A stretch of 64,000 nucleotides of DNA from an uncultured delta proteobacterium (GCA_963707045.1 CAVPOV010000015.1:16619-80618), one strand, 5' to 3'. Positions 37,370 to 48,172 are shown, counted from the stretch's first letter. Notes: generated by a model not told the origin, from the letters alone. Translations and numbers: made by a program.

Positions 37370-38067
37370 TCACACCTCCGGCCGGGGCCGCGACGCCTCG
37401 GAGCGCCGGCCGGCCACCCGCGCCTCCAGGTACCCGAGCCAGCCGTCCAGGCCCTCCCCCGTCCGGGAGGAGACCCGAAACGCCCTCAGGTCCGGGTTGA
37501 CCGAGCGCGCGTTGCGCTCGAGGGCCTCCACTTCCAGGTCGAGGTGGGGCAGCAGGTCCACCTTGGTCACGAGCAGCACCGAAGCCGCGTGGAAGAGGGC
37601 CGGGTACTTGAGGGGCTTGTCCTCCCCCTCGGTCACGCTCACGAGCGCCACCTTCTCGTCCTCCCCGAGGTCGTAGGCGGAAGGGCAGACGAGGTTGCCC
37701 ACGTTCTCGATCGACCAGCAGGTCGAGTTCCCCGCCGGTCCTCTCGGCCAGGGAGCGGAAAGCCCGCCGCACCATGGCCGCGTCCAGGTGGCACGCCCCG
37801 CCGGTCACCACGGCCTCCACCGGCATGCCGGTCGCTCGCGATGCGCTCGGCGTCGTTCTCGGTCTGCACGTCCCCCTCCACCACCCCCACCCGCATCCGG
37901 TCCGCGAGGCGGCCGCAGGGTCGCCTCCAGGAGGGTCGTCTTCCCCGTGCCCGGGCTCGAGATCAGGTTGACGGCGTACGCCCCGGCCTCGCGGAACAGG
38001 GCGCGGTTGGCCTCGGCCAGGCCGTCGTTGCGGGCCATGACCTTCGCTCGACGACGATCTCCTTCAC
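37370..38067 (-). CDS. hypB: Hydrogenase nickel-incorporation GTPase HypB (frameshifted)
   Basis: NLISSPGTGKTT, VVEGDVQTENDAERI, TGGACHLDA, GNLVCPSAYDLGE, EGEDKPLKYP and TKVDL, across several frames. Confidence 0.92.
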
Positions 38068-38414
38068 TCGGGCACCTCCATCTCCGCCAGGCTCAGCTCG
38101 TCGCCGGCGACCAGGTCCGCCTCCAAACGCCCCGCACCGAGGACACGGGTCGGTGCGCGCGCGCCCTTCGTAGCCGTGGTCCGCACGACCGGCACGCGAA
38201 CAGCGGCTCCACCGACTCGATCTCCACGCGGCAGCCCTCCGGCAGGGCGCCATCCTCGGTGAGCACCACCAGGGCGAAGCGCAGGCTCTCCACCTCCACC
38301 CCGGACCACTCGCCCACCCGCAGCCGCAGCGCGGTCACCCGCTCCGCACCGGCCGCCGCGGCCTCCTGGGCGGCGATGCGCACGATCTCCGCAGCCAGTC
38401 CCCATCTCGTGCAC
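38064..38414 (-). CDS. hypA: Nickel metallochaperone HypA (frameshifted)
   Basis: MHEMG, LRVGEWSGVEVESLRFA, CRSCG, CPRCG and GDELSL. Confidence 0.9.
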   Translation of the reverse strand: MHEMGTGCGDRAHRRPGGRGGRCGAGDRAAAAGGRVVRGGGGEPALRPGGAHRGWRPAGGLPRGDRVGGAAVRVPVVRTTATKGARAPTRVLGAGRLEADLVAGDELSLAEMEVPE

Positions 38415-38434
38415 GTCTCCCCTCCCAAGCCGCC

Positions 38435-38464
38435 CTTATAGGCTCGGGCCGGAGAGGGTGTCAA
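38435..38464 (-). promoter_or_regulatory. sigma70 promoter for hypA
   Basis: TTGACA-N18-TATAAG about 20 nt upstream of the start. Confidence 0.6.
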
Positions 38465-38594
38465 CGAGCCCGCCGGCCGCGGGGGACCGCGCCGGCGGCG
38501 TGCTTTTCCGGGGCGCGGGGCCTATGGTATAGGGCGGTCTCACGCCGCGACGCGCCGGCGACGCGCACTCCTGCCGACCCCGAGGGAGCACTCC

Positions 38595-39890
38595 ATGAGC
38601 CGACATGAAGCAGATGTACCGCACCGTGATGGACGACCACTTCCCCGACGAGATGACATCCGCTTCGGCGACCAGACGCTGGTGTACCGCAAGCGCACCT
38701 GGAAGCTGCCCGACGCACGGGCGAGCTGGTGGAGAAGGGCCTGCGCTACGGGGAGAACCCGGGCCAGGAGGCCGCGCTCTACGAGCTGGTGGGCGGCAAC
38801 CTCGTGCCTCGGCGGGTGCCGCGTTCATCGACCCGGGCTCGGGCCTCGTCTCGGCCCTCACCGAGGAGCACATGCTCCAGGCCGGCAAGCACCCGGGCAA
38901 GACCAACCTCACCGACGTGGACAACGGCCTCAACATCCTCAAGTACCTGATGGACCGGCCCACCGCGGTGATCCTCAAGCACAACAACCCCTGCGGCGCC
39001 GCCGAGGCCGGGACCCTGGCCGCAGGCCTACGACAAGGCCAACCGGGCCGACCGCATCGCCGCCTTCGGGGGCGCCCTGGTCGTGAACCGTGCCCTGGAC
39101 CGGGCCACCGCCGAGGCGGTGGTCGCGAACTACCTGGAGGTGGTGGCCGCCCCGGACTACGAGGAGGGCACCCTGGAGATCCTCAAGCGCACGCAAGGAC
39201 CTGCGCATCCTTCAGGTCCCCCGCATCGACCGCCTGGCCGAGTACCGGTCGCAAGCGCTTCGTGGACTTCAAGTCGCCTGATCGGACGGCGGCATCATCG
39301 TGCAGCAGTCCCCCCTCAACGCCGTGACCCGCGTCGAGGACTTCCAGCCCGCCGTGGCGCGACCGCGGAAGGCGCCGAGCTACGGGTGGCCCGCCCGCCC
39401 ACCCCGGCCGAGCTGGCCGACCTCCTCTTCGGCTGGGCGTGGAACAGGGCGTCACCTCCAACTCGGTGCTCTACGTCAAGGACCGGTGCACGGTGGGCAT
39501 CGGCACCGGCGAGCAGGACCGGGTGGGCGTGGCCGAGATCGCCGTGTTCAAGGCCTACACCAAGTACGCCGACCCGCTCTGCTTCGAGCGCCACGGCATG
39601 CCCGATGAAGGACCTGGAGCTCCGGGTGGCCCGCGGCGAGGCCGAGCGGGAGCGCTGGACGAGACTCGCCAGGAGACCGCCCGGGCCAAGGGAGGGCTCG
39701 ATCGGGGTCGGCGATGATCTCCGACGCCTTCTTCCCCTTCCGCGACGGCGTGGACGTGGGGCTGCGGGAGGGCGTCACCGCGGTGTGCCAGCCCGGCGGC
39801 TCCAACCGCGACTGCGGAGGTCATCGAGGCCGTCAACGAGGCCGGGCGCCGACCATGGTCTTCACCGGCCAGCGCTGCTTCAAGCACTAG
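38595..39890 (+). CDS. purH: PurH-like AICAR transformylase-domain protein (frameshifted)
   Basis: [45 protein letters not shown] and FTGQRCFKH. Confidence 0.85.
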
Positions 39891-39972
39891 ACCCGGGCCG
39901 CGGGCTCCGGAGGCTCCGGGCCGGGCTCGCCCCGGGCCGTTCCGCCTCCCGGTCCTCCCCATGCGAGACGCC

Positions 39973-41152
39973 ATGCACGTGTCCCAGAAGGCGAGCCGGT
40001 TCACGGAGTCGGTCATCCGCGAGATGACCCGCCACGCTCTCGCCCACGGCGCGGTGAACCTCGCCCAGGGCTTCCCCGACTTCCCCTGCCCCGCGGAGAT
40101 CAAGGAGGCGGCGTGCCGCGCGATCCGCGGCGGACGTCAACCAGTACGCGATCACGTGGGGCGCCCGGAACTTCCGCGAGGCCCTGGCCGCCAAGACCCG
40201 GCTCTTCCTCGGCCTCGAGGTCGACCCCGACACCGAGATCACGGTGACCTGCGGTTCGACCGAGGCCATGATCGCGGCCCTGCTGGCCCTGGTGGACCCC
40301 GGGGACGAGGTGGTCGTCTTCGAGCCCTTCTACGAGAACTACGGGCCCGACGCGGTGCTGTGCGGGGCCGTGCCGCGGTACGTGCCGCTCCGGCCGGCAG
40401 GGCGCGGGGCCGGCCTCGGGTGGGAGTTCGACCCCGACGAACTGCGGGCCGCCTTCGGCCCCCGCACCCGGGCGATCGTCCTCAACACCCCCAACAACCC
40501 CACGGGCAAGGTCTTCAGCCGCGACGAACTCGAGGCGATCGCCGCCCTGTGTCGGGAGTTCGACGTCCGTGGCGATCACCGACGAGATCTACGAGCACAT
40601 CCTCTTCGACGGTGCCGAGCACGTGGCCCTGGCGGCGCTGCCGGGCATGCGGGAGCGGACCGTCACCGTCAACGGGATGAGCAAGACCTACTCGGTCACC
40701 GGCTGGCGGGTCGGCTATGCGATCGCCCCGCCCCCGCTGACCGCGGCGATCCGCAAGGTGCACGACTTCCTCACGGTCGGCGCCGCCGCCCCCCTGCAGG
40801 AGGCGGGCGTCACCGCGCTGGGGTTGCCGGAGGCGTACTACCGCGACCTGGCGCGGACGTACGAGCGCAAGCGCGACCGCTTCCTTCCGGCGCTCGAGAA
40901 GGCGGGATTCCGCTGCTTTCCGCCCCAGGGCGCCTACTACGTGATGGCGGACATCGCCGGCATCGCCGAAGAGGACGACGGGCGTTCGCCATGCGGCTCG
41001 TGCGGGAGGCGAAGGTCGCCGCGGTGCCGGGCTCGAGCTTCTTCTCCCGCCCGGAGTCGGGCCGCCACCTGGTGCGTTTCTGCTTCTGCAAGAAGGACGA
41101 CACCCTGGACGAAGCCGCCCGGCGGCTCGACCGCTGGTCCGGCGCGCCCTGA
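39973..41152 (+). CDS. PLP-dependent aminotransferase, class I/II (frameshifted)
   Basis: NLAQGFPDF, NTPNNPTGKV, DEIYEH, SKTYSVTGWRVG and VRFCFCK. Confidence 0.93.
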
Positions 41153-41194
41153 CCACCGCCCCCCGGCAGGCGGGGCCACCGCATCGGAGGAACC

Positions 41195-41383
41195 ATGCCC
41201 ATCGTGAACATCGACTGGCTCGAAGGCCGCTCCGTGGAGCAGAAGCGGGACATCGCCCGGCGTGTCACCGACGCCTTCGTCGACGTGGCCCGGTGCCCGG
41301 CCGAGGCCGTGACGGTCATCTTCACGGACCACCCCCGCCACGACATCGCGAAGTCCGGGAGGCTGCTCTCCGACCCTGCCTGA
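41195..41383 (+). CDS. 4-oxalocrotonate tautomerase family protein
   Basis: Pro-1 (MPIVNI), EGRSVEQK, 62 aa; GGAGG SD. Confidence 0.92.
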   Translation: MPIVNIDWLEGRSVEQKRDIARRVTDAFVDVARCPAEAVTVIFTDHPRHDIAKSGRLLSDPA

Positions 41384-41503
41384 AGCAGGGGCCGCGCCTG
41401 CCGCCCGGGGGCTTTGCCCCTGGCAGTGGGAGGGGTACCCTGGTACCCGGAAACCACGGGGCCGACCGGGCACCGGTCGACCCGACCGAGAGGGAGCGGG
41501 AGC

Positions 41504-42696
41504 TTGCGACGGAAGCGCGGAGGAGACCTGTGCCACCTGGCGTTCCGCCAGACCCTGGACCTTCTCAAGGTCACCGACGAGGCGTTGGCGGAGTTGTGCC
41601 ACGAGTGCCCGGAAATGCCCGACCTGGACAGCCTCGTGCTGCGGGCCATGAACGAGATGGCCCTGGGGGAGGGGGAGTCCGGCGCCCGCGCCCCGACCCA
41701 CGTCTTCCTGTGCACGGGCAGCCCCCCGCCCTCACCGGCACCGTGTACGGGTCCACGGGCGACGGCTACCGGCCGGCGACGGCCCCCTTCGAACTCGACG
41801 CGGGGCGCTCCTACGCGTACTCCGCCGGGGCCGGGGGCGTCGTGGTGTCGAACCACGAGGACGAGGACGCGAGCCTCGCGTCCTACCAGGACCGCTTCCA
41901 CCCCGCGGTCCGCGAGGCCGTGGGGGCGGCGATCCGCAACTTCATCACCTACCGGATCGTGGGGGACCAGCCCGGCGCCATCGTGGCCTTCAACTACCCC
42001 GGCCGCGCCACCCGCTACGAGGGGCAGGTGCTCTCGGCCCTGGCCATCACCCTGGGGTCCCTGTGGACGCTGTCGTCCCGGGTGGCCCAGGTGGAGGAGG
42101 CGTTCATCTACCTCGTGGGAGCCTTGGCCCGTGCCAGCGAGGTGAACGACATGGTGACCGGCGACCACATCCTGAGGGTCAGCCGTTACGCGGAGACCCT
42201 GGCCCTGGCGGTGGGGTACGACGCCGCCGAGGCCCGCACCATCGCCTACAGCGCCGAACTGCACGACGTGGGGAAGATCCACACCCCGGAGGCCATCCTG
42301 AAGAAGGAGGGCCCGCTAACCCCGGACGAACTGGAAGAGATGAAGGTCCACACGGGGCAGGGGGAGAAGATCATCGGCACCTCCCCCCGTCTGGCGATGG
42401 CCCGCCGGATCGCTGCGGCGCACCACGAGAACTGGGACGGTTCGGGCTATCCCCACCGCCTCGCCGGGGAGGCGATCCCCCGGGAGGCGAGGCTGTGCAA
42501 GGTGGTGGACGTGTACGACGCGCTGCGGTCCGAGCGGCCCTACAAGCGCGCCCTGTCCCACGCGGAGGCGTGCCGCGTGATGCTGGAGGGAGACGACCGC
42601 ATCCGGCCCCACGCCCACTTCGACCCGGAGATGCTCGACGCCTTCCGGCGCATCCACTCCCGGTTCCAGCGCATCCACGCCGAGATCCAGCCCTAG
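41504..42696 (+). CDS. HD-GYP domain protein with an N-terminal sensor region (frameshift near 41730)
   Basis: TGDHILRV, LHDVGK, HHENWDGSGYP and DVYDAL. Confidence 0.88.
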
Positions 42697-42739
42697 CGGG
42701 GCTGAGGGGGGCGGGGCCGGCGGCGTCCCCCGAGAGGCT

Positions 42740-44353
42740 TCACGCGGGAGAGCGTTCTGCGTTCGGCGGCGCCGCGCCCCGGTCCACGAGGCGCCGGACC
42801 GTGGCCAGGAACTCCACCCGGTCGATGGGCTTGACGAGGTAGGCGTCCGCGGCGGTCCGCAGGCCGCTGCCGCCCCGATCCAGACAGGAGACCACCACGA
42901 CGGGAACGTCGCGGGTGGCGGGTTCCTCCCGCAGGCGCCTGAGCACTTCCCGGCCGTCCACGTCCGGCATGAGGAGATCGAGCGTCACCACGGCGGGAGT
43001 CCTCTCGGCCGCCCGGCGGAGCCCCTCGGCCCCGTCCCGCGCCGTGGCCACCTCGTAGCCCGACGCCGCGAGGATCTTTTCCAGGAGTTCCCGCGTCGCC
43101 GGGTCGTCCTCGATCACCAGGATCCGTGGGCGCCCGGCTTCCCCGCCCACCGCCGGAGCGGTGGCGGCTGGGACGAAGAAGGAGAACGAGCTCCCCCGGC
43201 CCGGCTCGCTGTCGACCGCGATCCGTCCGCCGAGCAGTTCCACGAGCATCCGGCTCAGGGCGAGGCCCAGCCCCGTGCCCCTCCCATCCCCGCCACGGGC
43301 CTGCGGCCCCTGGCGGAAGGGGGCGAAGATCGCGTCCCGGTCCCCCTCCTTGATGCCGACGCCCGTGTCGCGTACCTCCACCCGGAGCCGGTCCCCCTCG
43401 AGACGCGCCGCGCACACCACCTCCCCCCGCTCCGTGAACTTCACCCCGTTGGCCAGGAGGTTGATCAGGACCTGCTTCACCTTCTCCCGGTCCGACGCGA
43501 AGAGGCCCACCTCCGGCGAGACCTCCGCCCGCAAGGCGATCTGCTTGCGGTACGCCGCCGGGATCACCGTCTCCACCGCCTCCTCGACCAGGGCCCCCAC
43601 GTGGAAGGGCTGGACCTCCACCTCCATCCGGCCCGCCTCGATGCGGGTCATGTCGAGGATGTCGTCGATGAGCTTGCGCAGGTACCCGGCGCTCGACAGG
43701 ATCCTTCCCAGGTCCCGGCGCTGCTCCTCGAGCACCGGCCCGTCGACCCCGTCGCGAAGAAGCTCGGCGTAGCCGATGATCGAATTGAGGGGGCTGCGCA
43801 GCTCGTGGCTCATGTTGGCGAAGAACCGGCTCTTGAACGCCGCGGCCTCGGAGACCTGGGCGTAGCGGTCGTGCAGCTGCGCGTGCGCCGCCTCCAGCTC
43901 CGCCGACGTGGCGCGCAGTTCCTCGACGTGGAGCGCCTGGTAGACGTCGCTGAACCGGTGGATCGCCCGGTCCACGGCTCTCGTGACGAGGCGGAGGCCC
44001 TGGCGCAGCTCCTCCCCCGACAAGGCAGCCGCGAGGACCGGCTGGGCCGCCTCCCGGAAGGTCGCGAAGGCCCGCTGCACCTCGGAGGGGGGAAAGCGCT
44101 GGGGGAAGCGCCGCCGTGCGATCTCCCGGACGAACGCCTCCATGGGGGCCCAGTCGCCCGTCCCGAGGACTTCCAAGTAGGCGTCCACGGCCCGCGAGGC
44201 GGTGCCCTGGAGCTCTTCGGCCGGCCGGTGGCCGTAGCGGGGCCCCGCCTCCCCGCGGATCAGCCTCAGGTGCTCTCGTACGAGATGCTCCCGCGCGGCG
44301 CGCAGGGTTTCCCCCAGCCGTGCGTCGAGATCACCCCCGGCCTCCGGGTTCAA
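42740..44353 (-). CDS. Hybrid histidine kinase (helical RsbR-N-like sensor, HisKA, HATPase, receiver)
   Basis: FFANMSHELRSPL, NLLANGVKFT, DTGVGI, GTGLGL, ILVIEDD and TLDLLMP. Confidence 0.93.
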   Translation of the reverse strand: MNPEAGGDLDARLGETLRAAREHLVREHLRLIRGEAGPRYGHRPAEELQGTASRAVDAYLEVLGTGDWAPMEAFVREIARRRFPQRFPPSEVQRAFATFREAAQPVLAAALSGEELRQGLRLVTRAVDRAIHRFSDVYQALHVEELRATSAELEAAHAQLHDRYAQVSEAAAFKSRFFANMSHELRSPLNSIIGYAELLRDGVDGPVLEEQRRDLGRILSSAGYLRKLIDDILDMTRIEAGRMEVEVQPFHVGALVEEAVETVIPAAYRKQIALRAEVSPEVGLFASDREKVKQVLINLLANGVKFTERGEVVCAARLEGDRLRVEVRDTGVGIKEGDRDAIFAPFRQGPQARGGDGRGTGLGLALSRMLVELLGGRIAVDSEPGRGSSFSFFVPAATAPAVGGEAGRPRILVIEDDPATRELLEKILAASGYEVATARDGAEGLRRAAERTPAVVTLDLLMPDVDGREVLRRLREEPATRDVPVVVVSCLDRGGSGLRTAADAYLVKPIDRVEFLATVRRLVDRGAAPPNAERSPA

Positions 44354-44739
44354 TTCACGTCCTCGCGCACCTGGACCGAGGAGGGCGCCAGCCGCAGGGG
44401 CGGGAGGAGCAGGGGCGGCAGCCCCGCCCGCAGGGTGAGGTGCGCCACCTCGTCGCGCAGATAGGGGTACAGACAGGCGGGCCCCGGCCCCCGGGCCACC
44501 GCACCGACCGTCTCCCCCGCCTCCAGGTGGAACCGCCCCTCCACCGCCAGTTCCAGACGAAAGGGAGGGCTGGGGTCGCCCTCGAAGAAGCGGGCCACCA
44601 TCAGGACCGACGCCTTCCCCTGACCCGCCCCCCGCGCGTGCACCCGGATCTCGCAGGGGGTCTGGCGACCCTCCAGGCCGCCCTCCCCCGTCACCTCGAA
44701 CTGCACCCGCTGGACGCGGATGGCTTCCAGCACGGCCAC
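44350..44739 (-). CDS. SecB-like chaperone
   Basis: FRLELAVEGRF...PACLYPYLRDEVAHLTLRAGLPPLLLPP matches the SecB C-terminal signature. Confidence 0.75.
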   Translation of the reverse strand: MAVLEAIRVQRVQFEVTGEGGLEGRQTPCEIRVHARGAGQGKASVLMVARFFEGDPSPPFRLELAVEGRFHLEAGETVGAVARGPGPACLYPYLRDEVAHLTLRAGLPPLLLPPLRLAPSSVQVREDVN

Positions 44740-44855
44740 GGCGTCTCTCCCTCCTCCCCCTGGGTCCTTCCAGGATACGGCTCCGGGGCGCGGCCGCAAC
44801 GGCACCGGGCCCCGCCGGCTTCTCGCCCCGCCCGCCCCTCTGCTATCCTCGCGCC

Positions 44856-45503
44856 ATGGGACAGACCGGCGAGATCCTCCGCGGAGCGCTGCGCCCGGAA
44901 CGCTGGGACCGCATCCAGGCCGTGCTCGCGCGCCGCCTCGGCGCGGTGCGGGCCGTCGTCGAGAACCTCCACCACCCCCACAACACCAGCGCCCTGCTGC
45001 GCACCTGCGACGCCCTGGGGGTGCAGCACGTGCACGCCGTGGAGGCGGCGGAGGACTTCGTGTTCAGCCGCCGGATCACGCTCGGCGCCCACAAGTGGCT
45101 CACGCTGCACCGCCACGACACCTTCGAGGCGTGCGCGGAGCAGCTGCGGGAGTCGGGCTTCCGGGTGTACGCCGCGATGCTCCACCCCGACGCGGTTCCC
45201 CTGGAGGAACTCCCGCTGGACCGGCCGATCGCACTGGTGTTCGGCAACGAGAAGGCGGGGGTGAGCGCCGCCACCCAGGCCCTGTGCGACGGGGCCTACA
45301 CCATCCCCATGGCCGGCTTCTCCCAGAGCCTCAACATCTCGGTGGCCGCGGCGGTGAGTCTCTACAGCGTGACCCGCCGGGTCCGCTCGGAGCGGCCGGA
45401 CGGCGGGCTGCTGACCGAGGCGGAACGGGCCGCCGTGCTGGAGGCCTGGCTCCCCAAGAGCCTCCGGTGCGGCCGCCGGGTGGCCAGGGCGCTCAAGACG
45501 TGA
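44856..45503 (+). CDS. trmH: tRNA (guanosine-2'-O)-methyltransferase, SpoU/TrmH family
   Basis: HNTSALLRTCDALG, GAHKW, VFGNEKAG and IPMAGFSQSLNISVA. Confidence 0.88.
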   Translation: MGQTGEILRGALRPERWDRIQAVLARRLGAVRAVVENLHHPHNTSALLRTCDALGVQHVHAVEAAEDFVFSRRITLGAHKWLTLHRHDTFEACAEQLRESGFRVYAAMLHPDAVPLEELPLDRPIALVFGNEKAGVSAATQALCDGAYTIPMAGFSQSLNISVAAAVSLYSVTRRVRSERPDGGLLTEAERAAVLEAWLPKSLRCGRRVARALKT

Positions 45504-46662
45504 GCAGGGTCGCGGCGGCGAGCAGGACGCCGACTCCGATCGGCAGGCACTCCTCGTCGATCGAGAACCGGGGGCTGTGGAGGGGCTCCGCCGCTCCGGG
45601 ATCGGCCGCGCAACCGAGCTGCACGTAGCACCCGGGGACCCGCGCCAGAACCAGTCCCATGTCCTCCGACCCCATGCTGCGCTCCGCCTCGCGGACCGCG
45701 CCGGAGCCGAGCACCTCGCCGAGGCGCACCTCCAGGCGACGGGTGGCCTCCGGGTCGTTCCCCGTCACGGGGTAGCCCTCGTCGACCTCCAGCTCGAAGC
45801 GGCCGCCGTGGGCCGCCGCCACCCCCGACCCGACCCGCTCGATCCCCCGGAGCAGGGCTTCACGGGTCGAGGCGACGTAGTACCGGATCGTCCCGTCGAG
45901 GTCGACGCGGTCGGGGATCACGTTGGGCGCGGTGCCGCCGTGGATGGCGCCGACCGTCAGCAGCGCGGGCTCGAGGGAGTCCACGCTTCTGCTGACGAGG
46001 GTCTGGAGCGTCACGACGGTCTGCGCCGCCATCACCACCGGGTCGACGCAGCGGTGCGGGTACGCGCCGTGGCCGCCCCGCCCGACCAGCCCCATCCGCA
46101 CCCGGTCCATCCCCGCCATCGTGGGTCCGGCCCGCAGCCCCACCGTGCCGACGGGCAGCCCGGGCCAGACGTGCAGGGCCGCCGCGAAGGACGCCGGGTG
46201 ACGGTCCAGGAGCCCCTCCCCGAGGAGCCGCGCACACCCCCCCGCCCCTTCCTCGGCCGGCTGGAACACGCACGCCACCCGCCCCCGGAAGGTCACTTCC
46301 CCGGAGGCCAGGGCGTCCGCCGCCGCGAGGAGCATGGCGGCGTGGGCGTCGTGCCCGCAGGCGTGCATGGTCCCGGGGTGGCGCGACCGGTACGGGTGGT
46401 CGCCCTCCTCCGTCACCGGCAGGGCGTCGAGGTCCGCGCGCAGGAGGGTCACCGGCTCGCCGCTTCCCACCACGGCCACCCCGCCGGTCCCCGAGGGAGA
46501 GGGCTCGAAGGGGATCCCCCGCTGCGCGAGAAACCCCGCTACGTAGCGGGTGGTCTCCCGCTCCGCGAAGGCCAGTTCGGGGATGCGGTGCAGGTCCCGC
46601 CGGAGGCGGACGACGAGTTCGGCCCGGGCCCGCGCGGCCCGCAGCAGGGGATGGGGGTCCAC
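45493..46662 (-). CDS. M20 amidohydrolase
   Basis: LHRIPEL, LRADLDAL, MHACGHDAH, FQPAEEG, GSEDM and LHSPRF. Confidence 0.94.
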   Translation of the reverse strand: MDPHPLLRAARARAELVVRLRRDLHRIPELAFAERETTRYVAGFLAQRGIPFEPSPSGTGGVAVVGSGEPVTLLRADLDALPVTEEGDHPYRSRHPGTMHACGHDAHAAMLLAAADALASGEVTFRGRVACVFQPAEEGAGGCARLLGEGLLDRHPASFAAALHVWPGLPVGTVGLRAGPTMAGMDRVRMGLVGRGGHGAYPHRCVDPVVMAAQTVVTLQTLVSRSVDSLEPALLTVGAIHGGTAPNVIPDRVDLDGTIRYYVASTREALLRGIERVGSGVAAAHGGRFELEVDEGYPVTGNDPEATRRLEVRLGEVLGSGAVREAERSMGSEDMGLVLARVPGCYVQLGCAADPGAAEPLHSPRFSIDEECLPIGVGVLLAAATLLTS

Positions 46663-46669
46663 GGCCCGT

Positions 46670-47119
46670 TCACGCTCCCGCGGAGCGCAGGAACACCATC
46701 TCCGTGAGCCGGGCGACTTCCGCCCCGTCCTGGGCGACCTCCACCAGCACCCGGGCGATGCGGCCCTGGGTGTCGACGACCCGCGCGTGGGCCGTCAGGT
46801 CGAGCGAGGGATCGGCACCCTTCAGGAAGTGGATCTCGCAGTTGAGCGGCAATCCGACGTAGCCGAGGGAGTTCGCGGCGGCCGCCATGACCTGTTCCGC
46901 CAGCGTGAAGAGGGCGCCGGTGTGGGTGTACCCGAGGAAGTTCCGCAGTTTGGGGCCCGCGGGCAGGCGGGCCGAAGCGCGGCCCGCGTGGAACTCCTCG
47001 AACTCGATGCCGAGTTCCCGGGCCAGGGGAGACGCCTCCAGGGCTGCCCGCACGTCCTTCAGACTCTCGCTTCGGATCGCCTCCTGCACGGCTTGTTCCT
47101 CCGCTCGTCTCGTCGTCAT
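46670..47119 (-). CDS. PaaI-family thioesterase
   Basis: LGIEF...NFLGYTHTGALFTLAE...IHFLKG. Confidence 0.85.
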   Translation of the reverse strand: MTTRRAEEQAVQEAIRSESLKDVRAALEASPLARELGIEFEEFHAGRASARLPAGPKLRNFLGYTHTGALFTLAEQVMAAAANSLGYVGLPLNCEIHFLKGADPSLDLTAHARVVDTQGRIARVLVEVAQDGAEVARLTEMVFLRSAGA

Positions 47120-47400
47120 CCGCTTCTCCGTCGTCCCCCGATCGCGGTGGCAGGGGGGCTGAGCAGTACCACAGCGCCCTCCCCGCTGCAACACCGTCGG
47201 CTGCGCCCCCGCGCACGCACGCGCCGGCGCGTGCCCCCTTGCGAAATCGCTGCCGGAGAGATACTGAAGGACACGCATGCGTCCCGTTCCCGCCCGCAAC
47301 CGAAAAGGGCCGTGATCCCCCGGCCGGGTCCCGCGGGGTTCCACCGGATCCGCCGTCGTCGGCCCCGGTCGACGCCCCGCCGAAGAGAGAGGAGAGCCCC

Positions 47401-48172
47401 GTGAAGGAGCGCATTCGCCAGTTCGCCCTGGACCTGGGAGTGGACGACGTGGGGTTCGCGTCGGCGGCAGGTGCGGCGTACTCCCCGCACGCCCGCCGTG
47501 GACTCCCTCCTGCCGGGGGCGCAGACGGTGGTCGTGCTCGCCTACAAGGAGCTCTCCTCGTGCGAGAGCCCCAGCCCGGAACTCGCCATGAACGGCCGCC
47601 TGGACGTCATGGAGTTCTCGCGCTCCTGCGACTACAAGGTGGCGCGCTTCGTGGAGCGGGAGGCCCACGCCCGCGCCCTGACGGTGGGCGCCTCCTACCC
47701 CATGCGCATGAGCGAGGACACGAAGGGCTCCGTAGGCGAGCTCTCCCTGCGCCACGCCGCGGTGGCGGCCGGCTTGGGAGGCTTCGGCCTCCACAATCTC
47801 GTCCTCCACCCCCGCATGGGGAGCCGTGTGATCTTCAGCGCGGTGCTCACAGATCTGGCGGTCCCGCCCGACGCGCCCCTCCCGGAAAGCCCGTGCACCC
47901 AGTGCGGCGCGTGCGTGGAGAACTGCCCGGGTCGGGCCCTGGACGAGCCCGGCAGGACCGAGGTGATGAAGTGCCTGCGAAACTCCCAGCCCCACGGCCT
48001 GGGCGCCAACATCCGCTTTTGGAGCCGGCTCCTGGCCGCCCCCCCGGAAGAGCAACGGGCCCTGTTGCGGGACCCCGAGTACTGGCGCCTCTACCAGGCC
48101 GCCTTCATCGGGTTCCAGTACTTCTGCTTCCGGTGCATCGCGACCTGCCCCGTGGGGTGGCGCCGGGCGTGA
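47401..48172 (+). CDS. QueG/epoxyqueuosine-reductase-like 4Fe-4S protein (frameshift ~47470-47500)
   Basis: LGVDDVGFA, LSLRHAAVAAGLG, VLTDL, CTQCGACVENCP and CFRCIATCPVG. Confidence 0.8.

Noticed and set aside
38520-38595. ZMP/ZTP riboswitch before the purH-like gene
   Set aside because: The conserved GACUGGCG and CGCCUGGG elements are absent and the leader is short.
47270-47400. Cobalamin riboswitch before the QueG-like gene
   Set aside because: Only CCCGCAAC matches; no B12 box or other conserved segments.
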